Part shown: positions 33,212 through 43,445 of the stretch, one piece after another
Numbering within the stretch: the first letter of the stretch is position 1
How the letters are laid out: each line of letters starts with the position of its first letter
NCBI GenBank assembly: GCA_013239625.1
Contig: MU053379.1
Coordinates: forward strand, 878,490-921,934
Reading direction: 5' to 3'
Length of the DNA: 43,445 nucleotides
Source: Lama guanicoe
Taxonomy: Eukaryota
Translations under genes and position numbers: made by a program
Notes under the pieces: model-generated
What the model was told of the DNA's origin: nothing
The model's input: the letters and a program-made list of their open reading frames with translations, nothing else
Databases searched by the model: none

Positions 33212-34134
33212 ACATCACTTCTCCCCACCTCCACTCGTCCGCGGCCAGTAAGCTGGCAGGGACGCCCTGTGGCAGTGCCGGCTTCAGCCAGCCCTGGGCC
33301 CCGGCCCTGGCTCAGCCACGGCCCGCCGTGCGGGCAGTTCTGCCCTCCCGCTCGCAGGCCTGAGTCGTGGGGCCATGTGGAGACCCACACACCACAGGTC
33401 TGAATACCTACAAGTTGCAAATCAAGCTAATGAGCTGTTCGGTCAGATATGCTCCACACCCCTGCCCTGACTATCTACTTCCAAAAGGCCTGGGAGGCCA
33501 GGCCTGAATTCAGAATTCCAGGGTTCTGTGTTGTTCCACTCCAGAACACGGCAGTGTAGGGAAAGCTGAGCCAGGCCAAGGCCTGGCCCCAGGTCAGTCC
33601 ATCTGCAGGCCTCCTACACACACACACCGTCTCCCAGGCCAGAGTCTAGGTTCCACCTCTGTTTCCACAAAGAGCTGCCCTTCGGCCACTGCTGCACCCA
33701 TATCCTCCAGGCAAGGGCTGCCTTTGGGGGATGCACTCAGGGAGGAGACCCCAAGGGCCCTGGGAGAAGGCCTTGGGCCATCAGGGCAGGAAGTCCAGGG
33801 TCCCAGGTACACGGGCTTGGTCCAGGAGGTCTCACAGGCTCTTGGTAGGCAAGTCCCACTGCCCCAGCCTCCTTACCCCATGAGGAGGAGCACAGCTGAG
33901 AAGGGCCAGAGCAGGGCCCTCTCAAGGACAGGGCCCAAGGCAGGGTTCCACCCCCTCCTTGCTGGGGTCTAAGAAAATACTGATGTGACCTGGGGACATT
34001 TCTCAAACTCTCAGTGGCTCAGCTGTCTTGTCTGTAAAAAGGAGATGATAACAAGTCTTGCTCCACAGAGGTGATGTGAAGGCTGACCCAGGCAGAGCAG
34101 GTGAAACACCAGCATGGTGTCTGAAACAGAGCAA

Positions 34135-34650
34135 GTGAGTAGGTACTGCTGCATAACAAAAGACTCCCACACGACACACACTTCCATGATCTCTCGTGAT
34201 TCCATGAGTGAAGAACTCAGGCAGGGTTAGGCTGGGAGACTCTTCTGTTCTTTGTGCATTGATGGTGGTTACTAAGGGACCAGCTGGTGGGTTGGCCGTT
34301 TGAGGAGTTTCCTGTGCGTTTTAGTGCCTTGCTGGGGACAGCTGGAAGGCTGGTCTTAGCTGGATCATTGATCAGAGCACCCAGGTGCAGCTCCTTTGGC
34401 TTGGTGAGCTCCAGGTCATCAAACTTCTCTCATGACAGGGCAGGGCTCCCAGAGCTGATGTTCCAAGACAGGACGTGGAGCTCCCAGACACATCAGGCCT
34501 GGGCCTGGAGACTCGTTCGTTCAGCAGCACTTCCGCCATTTTTCTGCTGGTCCAGTGGCCACAGAGCCTCACCTAGTTCCAAGAGAAGGGATGTGAATGC
34601 CACGTTTCAATGAGAAGGGCAGCAAAGAATTTATGGCCATCTTTAATCTA
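34135..34650 (-). mobile_element. MaLR MLT1 LTR, preceded by a MIR at ~33980-34130
   Basis: TACTGCTGCATAACAAA...GAACTCAGGCAGGGTTAGGCTGGG...GGCAGCAAAGAATTTATGGCCATCTTTAATCTA. Confidence 0.8.
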
Positions 34651-34999
34651 TGGAAAAATTACTCTAATTTTTCAAACAGGGGAGTTAAAATGCGAAGACG
34701 GTGGGACCATGCCGGTCTATGACATCTTGAAGAAGATCAAGGTTATTTTTGGGAACTTACTGTTTAGAGCTGCTCTGAAAGCTCTCTCCCCTTCCCTGAC
34801 CCCACTCCATGGCCGACCCCATGTCCCATTCAATAGATCCTTGCCCGGCGTGAATCAGTCCATTCAGCCAAACTCAAGTTCCTAACGAGAGCGATGAGTG
34901 TCATGAAGAGGTGATGGGAAGATAAAAGGACTTGCAGAGAATCTCCGCCTTTTCCCGTGAAGCTCACCATCCAGTGAAGGAAACAGGAAGGTGGGTAGC

Positions 35000-35147
35000 C
35001 AGTGCTGTGCTGCTGAGCCTGCTCTCAGGAGGGAGGGGGCAGATTTGTAGTGCGGCTGATTCTCCTGGTGTAAACACTCCTACTGTGGTGGACTTCAGAC
35101 TCCCCACATGACTTCATTAAACCCAAGCTGGTGCGCACCAGCCCCTG
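35000..35147 (-). mobile_element. MER63A-like MITE
   Basis: CAGTGCTGTGCTG...GATTTGTAG...GGTGTAAACACTCC...GCACCAGCCCCTG. Confidence 0.65.
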
Positions 35148-36159
35148 CAGACAGTTTTCAAAGGATGCAGACAAGACGGGGTGTGGTCAATGCCAAGAAC
35201 AAGCTGCAGGAGAGACAGCGTCCAGCTGGGGATGAATGAAGGGTGGTTGCCTCCTGAAGGAGAGGGCATTGAGGGCGAGCTTGGGAGGATGGGAAGAGAG
35301 GAGTGAAGGAAGACCCTCCAGGCAGGAGGAGCAGCGCGGGGAAAGACCCGGGGTGGGAGAGCCCAAGGTACGCGGAAGGCCAGCCAGAGGCGAGATGCAT
35401 GGAGAAGAACGGTTGAAGGTCCGATGGAGAAGGCAAGGCAGACAGGCTGGAAAGCAGAACTGGGGAGTGAATTTACCTGGCAATGGGGAGCAAGGGAAGG
35501 CTTTAGCACAGGGACTGACGTGATCTAGACAGGTCAGGCAGGCAGCAGGTGGAGGGGACCCGGAAGAGCCTGGGCGGGAGATGGGACTGCGGGAGGAAGA
35601 GGGGAGGAGCAGCCCACATGGACAGGCCTCCACCCGAGAGTCGGCAGAGGGCCGTGTTACACTCAGCTGGGCCTTCGGATGGTTTGCCCATTTCCTCCGA
35701 GTTCTTCTCCCAGACCAATGGGAAATGCTAATGGTCCGTTCTTGAAAACAGTTCTGTCTTTTAGACAACGAATGAAGGGCTCTCTAGTGGCAGCTCAGCT
35801 CGCAGGAAGACTCTGGGCCAGGGACAGGGGCTTCTCCAAGGTCTCCCCACTTTTTTCCAGGAAGTAGCCTCCGGCATGAAGCCCAGCATCCTTCACAGAC
35901 CCTCAGAGGCCTCAAGTCCCTCTTGATCACTTCTCTCCATGGTGACAAAGGGAAAGCAGGACAGGAAAACCCAGGAGTGTGTTTTGAGCTTGAGATGCCG
36001 GGACGGGCCCACCAGTGGTTCTCCCTCAGCCTGGCCATGCTCCGTCTACCCTGGGGGTGTCCTAAGTGGGTTGGGGGGGCATGATGAGTTACCAGAGAGA
36101 CACGTGCCCCTTACACGTAGGATGCACTGTCCCCTTTAATCGTCATACACATCCTGTCT

Positions 36160-36290
36160 GAGAATCGGTATTTGTTACCCCATTTTACAGGTGGAGAAGC
36201 TGAGGTCCAAGGAGGTGAGGGACTCCAACAGGTGTGGTAGGGCAAGCGCTCCTTCCTGCCCGGGGCTGGAATGTCCACCTATCTGGGGAC
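36160..36290 (-). mobile_element. MIR
   Basis: CCCCATTTTACAGGTGGAGAAGCTGAGGTCCAAGGAGGTGAGGGACT. Confidence 0.75.
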
Positions 36291-36544
36291 ACAAAACTAG
36301 CCCCTGTGAAATAATCAGAAGTAAATAAAGAGAAACCATTTCTGTGCTGTCCCCAGCTCAACACCCTGACGACGCAGGGTCTGAAGAAGGGCCTGCAGCC
36401 TGCAGGATAACGTGTTTCACACGTGTTCATGGCACAAACGGAATTGCCTCCACTTGCGTGTAACTGGAATAGAACCTGAATTCACATGGAACACGGCCCT
36501 CTCCCAAAGCCTTGAAAATGGTTTTCTTAAGTCTCTTGAAGAGG

Positions 36545-36629
36545 ACGGGAATAGCTCAGTGGTAGAGAGTGTGCTCAGCATGCACAAGGTCCTGGGTTCA
36601 AGGCCCAGGACCTCCATTAAAAAAAAAAA
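36545..36629 (+). mobile_element. vic-1-type tRNA-Ala SINE
   Basis: ATAGCTCAGTGGTAGAG...CAGCATGCACAAGGTCCTGGGTTCAA...ACCTCCA + A11; exact 13-bp TSD TCTCTTGAAGAGG (36532-36544 / 36630-36642). Confidence 0.93.
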
Positions 36630-37229
36630 TCTCTTGAAGAGGCAAACACGGGGGGAGGGCTATTCCAAACCCACAGTCCACCACAGTCTCTCAATCACCC
36701 TTTCACCCGCCTCTCTCTCGGAAGCGCCACACCACAGGGGAGCCTCTCTCCTCTCACCAGCAGACCCTGCACCCCCAGGCTTTTGTCTCACTCGCCCCCG
36801 CTTCCTGCCTCGCCTCCTCCACCCCCTCCCAGAGATGTTCCCTCCCAGAGCAGCTCTAAGTGCTTCCGCTGGGAAATCATTTTCACCTCTCTGGCCTCCA
36901 GCATCTTCCGGATGTCTCCCAACCCATGACCCCAGTGGACACGAGCAAAGCCGGGTGAGGGAGGCCAGCCAAGACCAGGGGAAAAGGCCTTTGTCATGGT
37001 CACTTATTTTCCCACCAAAATTCTGCAGCTAAAAGCACCCGGGTGTCACCTCGGCTCAGTCACTAAGTGTGTGACCTTGGGTGGATCGTTTAACTCTTGG
37101 ACCTTGACTTTCAGTAGAAACTGGGAACAGGGGCTCCGCCCTGTGGGATGGGAGATACTGTGGACTTTGAACCCGCCAGTTCTGGGGCCAAAGGCAGGAT
37201 CATACACCTGGCAAAAGGCACAGCCGAGT

Positions 37230-37745
37230 CTCATCCTGAGGGAACAGACCCAAACAGAAACACAAGTGGTCTGTGGTCCTAAAAGCATCATAAAGGACAT
37301 AGAACAGGACTCAAGAGGGATGTGACAATAAAGGCGGTGTGATCTGGGATTAGATCCCCAATAAGGATGGGGGCTTCTATAAGAGCATCACAGGCGTGTG
37401 TACGCGGGTCGTGCATCAGACAGCACTTCTGAGCCACTGCTGTACCCGGTGAATCTGATGAATTGTACTGAGCGTGAGACGGTGCCTTGTGTTCAGGAGA
37501 CACACACGGAGTATTCAGGGATAAAGCAGCAGGACTCTCCACCTTTTTCAAATGTTTCAGAAATTACTAATAATAGCATGGGTGTATAAATGTGTGTGTA
37601 AATTATACGTATATTTTTTACATGTATATGGAGAAAGAGAGGACGGTGCAAAATGCTAACAACTGGGAAATCTGATGACTCTGTGGTCCTATTTTTATGT
37701 TTCCTGTCAAAGTATTTTTAAAAAAGAGTTAAAAAGAAAAACAAC
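37230..37745 (+). mobile_element. Ancient L1M (L1MC4/L1MD/L1ME-like) 3' region
   Basis: GATGTGACAATAAAG..GTGTGATCTGGGATTAGATCC; GCAAAATGCTAACAACTGGGAAATCT; A-rich end. Confidence 0.65.
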
Positions 37746-38289
37746 AGTGGTATGCAGCCGTCTTGCAGTTATGAATTTTAAAATATCAAAGAAGCTAGTT
37801 ACTCAACTCACTCTTTCAATAAGCATTTGCTGAGCACCTACTGTATGCCGGACAATGCTAGGAACTGGGCCGCAGGGAACAGAGCCCCAGTCCAGAAGCC
37901 AGCCCAGGCTCCGGCCTGCGGTGGGCCCCATCGCAGGCTTCCCCATCGCCCCCGGACACCAAGGCTCTCCCTGTCCTGGGGAAAGCGGGCACCCGCTGCC
38001 AGCAGGCCCTCGCGGGAACTGCCCTCACCTGAAGGGATCCACTTTGCCTAAGGCTACACTCCCTTCCCTCATCTAATGGCTGGTCCTTTGCGGGGGCGTA
38101 GGTAAAGGCCTGGCCCCTTCCTGGATTCGGGACAACAATAAAGTCTATCTCCGCTTCAGATCTCCCCCGTCAGCTCAGACCGCCCCTGGAGACAACATCG
38201 CAGTTCAACTTGTCCCTTTGCCAAAAGCACTCCACAAAACTTCCCGCATGTGACCGCAGCCTCAGAGTTTGTGTCCAGGGAAACTGAAC

Positions 38290-38852
38290 AACCATTGAGT
38301 CCCGACAGGAAACAAATGCCACAGTCAGATTAGGAAAATTCAAGGAGGGGGGCTGTGGCTCAGCGGTAGAGCACGCGCATAGCACACACGAGGTCCCGGG
38401 TTCGATCCCCAGTCCCTCTGTTACAAATAAATAAAAGAACCTAATTACCTCCCCCCACCAATAAAAGATTAGGAAAATTCAAGGTGGGTTACCAAAAGGA
38501 CAATTTACACAAACGTGGGTGGGGTGGGACCACCAGGGGCAAGGCAGTGACCTGGGCTGGGAGGAACGAGGCTGTGATCACCCCTTCACAGGAAGTCCCA
38601 GGAGACACAGTGGTCGTGTGGTCAGGGTCCTTCAGTGAGACGCAGCCAGTCCAAGACGGCCCTGCTGCGAGGGAACCTGTCCTCCCCACTTCTTCTCCTC
38701 TCCTCTGACTCCAAACAGGGCTTCCACTGGCCGAAGCCAGCCAGACACCAAATTCATGAGAACCACTGCACATGTGTCTGGGTCAGCCCCCGGGGAACAG
38801 GGGTGGAGAAGGTGAGGGTGGGTCTGGAGGGCAGATGGAAGACACCCAGAAC
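38290..38852 (-). mobile_element. ERVL LTR33 carrying a SINE insertion
   Basis: GTCCCGACAGGAAACAAATGCCACAGTCAGATT...GGACAATTTACA...GGGTCTGGAGGGCAGATGGAAGACACCCAGAACA. Confidence 0.75.
38346..38465 (+). mobile_element. vic-1-type SINE with 19-bp TSD
   Basis: A-box TGGCTCAGCGG, B-box GGTTCGATCCC, tail AACCTAATTACCTCCCCCC; exact TSD AGATTAGGAAAATTCAAGG (38327-38345 / 38466-38484). Confidence 0.95.
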
Positions 38853-38869
38853 AGGGCCCAACACTCCAA

Positions 38870-38978
38870 CTCTTGGATCTTAGTATCTCTTTGAGAATCT
38901 GATGGAAGTTCTGAACTCCACCCAGGAAACGGAACGTAAACATTTGCACCTAGTTTTGAGGAATTCATGGACGCTCCC
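38870..38978. mobile_element. Small hAT-Charlie MITE (MER103-like)
   Basis: CTTTGAGAATCTGATGGAAG...TTTGCAC...TTCATGGAC. Confidence 0.55.
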
Positions 38979-39634
38979 CCAGGAAGGCAGTGCTCTGGCG
39001 GCGTGGTCAGAGTAGCAGCCCACAGGCGGGCTCCTGAAAGGAGGGGAAAAGTGGAAGAAAAGGGGGGTGCTGATACCCTTATCTTACATGGTTGGGAACT
39101 GAGAAACACTGGCAACTGCTGCTGGAACAGGAGGCGCTCATGTTGAAACCAAAGACTGTCACGGAAAGTTCCCGCACTGGGAGTGGGGAGCTTAGTCCTC
39201 AGACCTCAGCTACCGCGGGTGAACAGCTATGTCTAAAGGTGGTAATTCAGGAACGCAGGTTTAAGTTTGTGATCTGGAGTCTGGAGAAAATATACAAACT
39301 GGAACTTCCAAAGGATGTCATCTCAGGGGATTGGGCCGGGAGGTGAGGAGGCGCAGGTATGGCAGGTAAGAGGCAGCTGCTTTCATTTTAAGCTTTTCTG
39401 ATGTATCTGAGTTGTTGCCACATGTGTATGTGTGTGTGTGTGTGCATATATATACATATATAGAACTTTGATAAATATAAAAAAACTTTTAACCCTTGTG
39501 TTTTATCTGCCCTCATCTCTGTCCCTACAGGGCTCAGAGCCAGCGAACCCCATGTGTCCTTGCAGCAGGCTGAGCCCACTCCCACCTGCAGAGCAGAAAG
39601 ATCCCTGCTTCCGCCACCTACTTCTGCCCTAAAG

Positions 39635-39829
39635 CTTGGTGACTCAAAACAATAAAAATTTATCATTTCTCACAATTCTGTGGGCTGACCAGGTGGTTCT
39701 TCTACTTTGTGTGGTATCAGCTGGGACCCTGGAATGGCCAGAAAGTACAGATGGCCCCACTCACGTGGTTTGGCTGGACTGGCTGCTGGCTGGGGGCTCC
39801 GGAGAGCCGCTGACCAGAAGCCTCCATCC

Positions 39830-39866
<37 letters not shown>

Positions 39867-40100
39867 TGTCTCCACTCAGCTGCTGGAGCTTCCTCGCAGA
39901 ATGGCAGGTAGGTTCCAAGAAGAAACAACTCAAGAGGCCAAGGCAGGAGCTACAGGCCTCCGCAGCCTTGGAACTTACATAGAATCACTTGCACTCACTC
40001 TGTTCATCAAAAGAAATCAAAGCCCAGCCCAAATTCAAGAGCAGGGAGTTAGATCCCACCTCTGAACGGGAGGAAGTGGCAAAGAAACGTGGTCACCCCA
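39635..40100 (-). mobile_element. MaLR MLT1 LTR containing a (TG)n tract at 39832-39865
   Basis: ATTTATCATTTCTCACAATTCTGTGGGCTGAC...GCCCAGCCCAAATTCAAG...TAGATCCCACCTCT. Confidence 0.75.
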
Positions 40101-40476
40101 ACAGGCAGAGACAAAAGGGCTTCACGGCAAAGGCTGAAGACCCCCACGTGATCACGCCCCTCTGCCCCAGCCATGTTCCTGCCAGCCACACCCTGACTGA
40201 CCATCTGCTGGTGACATCCACCTGCCTTCCGCTCTCAGGCCCGTCCTTCCAGTCCTCCGAGGGCAGTGCCACCTCTGGGTCCAGAATGATGGGACCACGG
40301 TGGCTCTTGATTTTTGGGGATTTTGCTGGTATCTTGCCCTTAAGATTTTAAACTCCCTAATGACACAAAGGAAGTCTTTTAAAAACTGCTCTGTACATCT
40401 TAGTGAAAGAAACTTTCCCTTCCGCTGGAGGGTTGTAGTTAATAAATGCAATCTTCATTTAAATTATGTATCTATG

Positions 40477-40678
40477 GAGTTTGGGATTAACATATATAAA
40501 ACAGATAAACAACAAGGGCCTGCTGTGGAGCACAGGGAACTATACGCAATATCTTGTAATGGCCTCTAATGGAAAGGTTTTGAAAAAGAATAGATTTATA
40601 TATATAATATATTTATATATAACTGAATCACATTGCTGTACACCTGAAACATTGTAAGTCAACTATACTTCAATTAAA
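40477..40678 (+). mobile_element. Cetartiodactyl-type L1 3' end with 16-bp TSD
   Basis: GATAAACAACAAGGGCCTGCTGTGGAGCACAGGGAACTATA; TSD AAATTATGTATCTATG (40461-40476 / 40679-40694). Confidence 0.93.
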
Positions 40679-40704
40679 AAATTATGTATCTATGAATATG
40701 TAAG

Positions 40705-40830
40705 TTACATACCCACATGTGCAAGGCTGCCACCTTGCACAGCTCTGGGGAGGCACAGGGCGCCCCAGAGATTACATCCACGGCACCGCTGGAGGAATGC
40801 AGCCCACACGGCTGAATGTGGCCTCCCTGG
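40705..40830. mobile_element. MER91-like hAT-Tip100 MITE
   Basis: Quasi-palindromic TGTGCAAGG..TTGCACAGCTC..GGGCGCC...GGCACCGCTGGAG...CCCTG. Confidence 0.55.
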
Positions 40831-40891
40831 GCTTGGATGCTCCACACAAGGGATGTTTCACTTGACCTCTCCCGTGCACACTCCTTTTAGG

Positions 40892-41035
40892 GCAGTGGCT
40901 CTCAGCCTGACGGTGCATTATAATCACCACACCCCCAAATAATTAAATCTGAATTACTCTGGGGTGGGACCCAGGCATCTGTATTTTTAAAGCCCCCTAA
41001 GTGATTCAATTGTGCAATCAAGGTTGAGAGCCAGA
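40892..41035. mobile_element. MER5A-like hAT MITE
   Basis: CAGTGGCTCTCA...CTGGGGTGGGACCCAGGCATCTGTATTTTTAAAG...AAGGTTGAGAGCCA. Confidence 0.82.
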
Positions 41036-42167
41036 AGTCTCAGGAAATGAGTACATCATCTTTGAAAAGGCTTTTGTTGTTGTTGTTTTTCACTAGTATA
41101 AAATAGTTGGCATTCATTGTAGGAAAAAATGTGAAAATCACAGAAAACCTAGAACAGCAAAACAAGTTTCGTTTCACCCACCTCTACGCACTTGTCCCTT
41201 CGGGGTTTTCCTTTCTCTGTGAGTGGGTCTCCCCACGGAGTCCTGCGGCGCTTCAGAGGTTTGTCCGCCTCCATCCTGCTCCTCTTCAAACGAGGGTGCT
41301 TTTCCTGAACTGGACTATCCCTCTGGCCTCAGGACGGAAGTGTGAAACTTCTTTGTCTGCAGAGAGAGTTCAGTGCCTCCATTAACCTTTCCTGGGGACA
41401 CTCAGGGTCGAAGGTCACACCCTGGACCTCCTGCCGCCTAACAGACTTTGGACCAGGACTTTCATCAGCCTTGCTGGGCCTCGGCCTTGCCCTCCTGTGA
41501 GGGGCCAGCACGCACTGTCGGTGATGGCTCCAGGCCACATGGAGGCAGAACCCTGTGTGATTCCTGAGCTGTCAAGTATCCGCCAAACAATCCTCCAGAA
41601 CACTCAGCCGAGCCCAAGCCCCCAGCCCCTCCGGCCCCAGGACCTCAGGTCGCCCTCCCTGTTTGATGGGGTCCCTGGTTCCTGATCCACTGTCTGGGCC
41701 AAGACCAGTCCCAGGCCTCAGGCTGGTGGAGCCGGGTGCCTGCTGGTGCACGTCCGGCTGGCCCCGCTGCTGGGACATTTGGCTTCTGTATCCTGGCCTT
41801 TCTGTCATTGCTGAATCACCACAGAGAAACTTCTGCAGCACCTGGCCCTGGGGGTCCCAACACTCTGCCCCCAGCCCTGGCCCTGACACCTCCTGCCGTG
41901 GCACGAGGGACTCACAGCCACACCCACTCCTGTTCCAGCCCCGCTCCTGGTGCCCCTAATCAGAACTGGTCCCTCCCTCCTGGAGCAAGGAGAGAGAACA
42001 GGGTGTCCGGAGAGGGCCTTGCTGGGAGATGGAACCCTGCCGAGACTTGGGGTTGGCCTCCTGGAGGAAGGGGCTGGTGGGCGAGCAGCTGGTTAGGTGA
42101 GAGGAGCAGGAGTGTTCCCGAGAGAGGAACAGCAAGTGTAAGGGTCTGTGGCTGAGAGAGATGCTCC

Positions 42168-42655
42168 TCTTACCAGCTCAGGTCCTCGGACTCTTTAATA
42201 AGTAGAAATTGATAAAAGGCAAGAAATTCAGGGAAGGCTTTTATTGGGACTTCTGCTGCAGCCAGGGGGTGGGGGGTGGGGGTGCGAAAACAAGCAACAG
42301 GTGCTCTTGCTCGCTCCCTGAGGAGGGTGGGCGTGTTCCTTAAATGGGTGAGGGTGGGGGTGGACCGGAGGGTGGGGGCTGCCGGTGGCTTAGGTGGTCT
42401 GCCCACCCCCTTGGTGGTGCTGGACGCAGGGATCACGTGCAGTCCCCTCCGTTTACTCCGGGAACCTCAGAAATGACAATTGGTTTGTGGCCTTTTTGTA
42501 TCTTATTGTGCATAATTGCCCCGGCTGCACATGTGTGCAGGTATTTTTAGTCCCTTATAGTTTCTTTGTATTCTGTTGCTCAAGGAGACATTCGTTTGGG
42601 TGCAGGTGCAAGCACTCCGGTAGAGGTAGAGAGCCCCAGGTCCCAGTCCGTCTCC
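42168..42655 (-). mobile_element. ERV1-type solo LTR (lineage-specific)
   Basis: T(C)TTACCAGCTCAGGTCCTCGG...GGCTTTTATTGGG (minus-strand AATAAA) ... CCCAGGTCCCAGTCCGTCTC; termini mutated, TSD not clean. Confidence 0.7.
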
Positions 42656-42783
42656 CTGTGCTGGGTCCCCTCCAGGCAAGAGAGTGAAGGAAGGAGAGCT
42701 AGGAGGGGGCCGGGCCAGAGCCCCTGATCCTGCATCTTAGAGGGCCCTCCAAGGGCCCCTGAGGTTCCTAGGCAAGCGAGTAA

Positions 42784-42803
42784 CACAGACACACACACAC
42801 ACA

Positions 42804-42835
<32 letters not shown>
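42784..42835. repeat. Interrupted (CA)n microsatellite
   Basis: Direct reading. Confidence 0.95.
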
Positions 42836-42838
<3 letters not shown>

Positions 42839-43049
42839 AATGCCCCAGGCAGAGGTGTGAGAGCCGTCCTCAGACGCTTCCCCTGTGGTGTCTCTGAAGG
42901 AGACACAGAGCCTGAACCCAGTCTGCCTCCAGGAAGGGACGGGGGAGGGAGAGACTCTTAGGTATGAATTCTTTTATACCTTCTGGCTTTTGTTTCACGT
43001 GAGTACCTCAGCTATTCAAAAATAAAATAAAAATTAAGATCGATCCTGT

Positions 43050-43445
43050 CAAAATAAAAACGAGTTAACCCAAATCTCTTCAATGAGGAGCAACCAGTCA
43101 AGTCCAAATTGAGGAGAATTCTACCCAACGAACAACCTGAGCCCTTTCAAATATCAGTTTCTCGGAAGGCAAGACAGGTGAGAGAAGGTTCCAGGTGACA
43201 GGAGACCGAGGAGCCCTGCAGCGGGGGAGGTGATGGGGCAGGGCTGGGTGCAGGCGGAAAGGCTGTGGTTAGGGTAACTGGTGGAATTTGAATACGGGCC
43301 GCAGAGGCTAGATGTGTCTCTGTGTAAAATCCATCGGGTGCGAGAATGATTTTGTTCTCGTGAAGGAGGATGTTAACGATCGTAGAATATATGCAGAAAT
43401 AAATATCTGAGCAAAATGTCAGGGTGTCTGTAACTTACTCTCAAG
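43050..43445 (+). mobile_element. Ancient L1M 3' region (runs off the window)
   Basis: CCAAATTGAGGAGAATTCTAC...GGTAACTGGTGGAATTTGAATA...GTCTGTAACTTACTCTCAA. Confidence 0.7.

Noticed and set aside
34660..34746. Apparent exon (CTAAT...CAG|GGGAG...ACCATG...AAG|GTTATT; ELKCEDGGTMPVYDILKKIK)
   Set aside because: Weak donor, no partner exons, peptide not recognised, and the sequence resembles a decayed antisense MIR core. It cannot be fully excluded without RNA-seq.
36545..36617. tRNA-Ala gene
   Set aside because: Poly-A tail, TSD and broken stems show it is a SINE; the same applies to 32463, 33090 and 38346.
1..43445. The many 60-240 aa six-frame ORFs (e.g. 6837-7565, 3430-3969, 36412-37032, 35187-35768) as host genes
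   Set aside because: No recognisable domains; Pro/Gly/Arg/Ser-rich composition expected from GC-rich DNA; they overlap on both strands and run through SINEs, LTRs or microsatellites.

Overview
This is eutherian, non-coding, repeat-dense genomic DNA. It is very probably from a camelid (alpaca/camel): it has four tRNA-Ala-derived vic-1-type SINEs and cetartiodactyl-type L1 3' ends. I recognise no host protein-coding gene, RNA gene or CRISPR array. Almost all six-frame ORFs are chance ORFs in GC-rich DNA; the only translatable homologies are L1 ORF2 pieces and a decayed CR1/L3 RT. The window is a mosaic of ancient repeats (L2, MIR, L3, L1M, MLT1/MLT2, LTR16/LTR33, MER2/3/5/58/63/91/102) and younger lineage-specific insertions. 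The younger set includes four ERV1-type solo LTRs (three with exact 4-bp TSDs), L1s and SINEs. A nested TE pile-up spans ~9.25-18 kb and contains a young 5'-truncated L1 (17-bp TSD, open ORF2, 510-N assembly gap) inside a solo LTR. I found no convincing novel biological system. The best leads are: a strand-biased T>C hypermutated, inverted L1 fragment (possible fossil ADAR editing); a CpG-rich MLT1 with ETS/NRF1/GC-box motifs; a MER41-like LTR with a STAT-type site; and a non-repeat block with a perfect POU-dimer palindrome. Repeat subfamily names come from recalled consensus similarity, not from a database search, and boundaries of old repeats are approximate.
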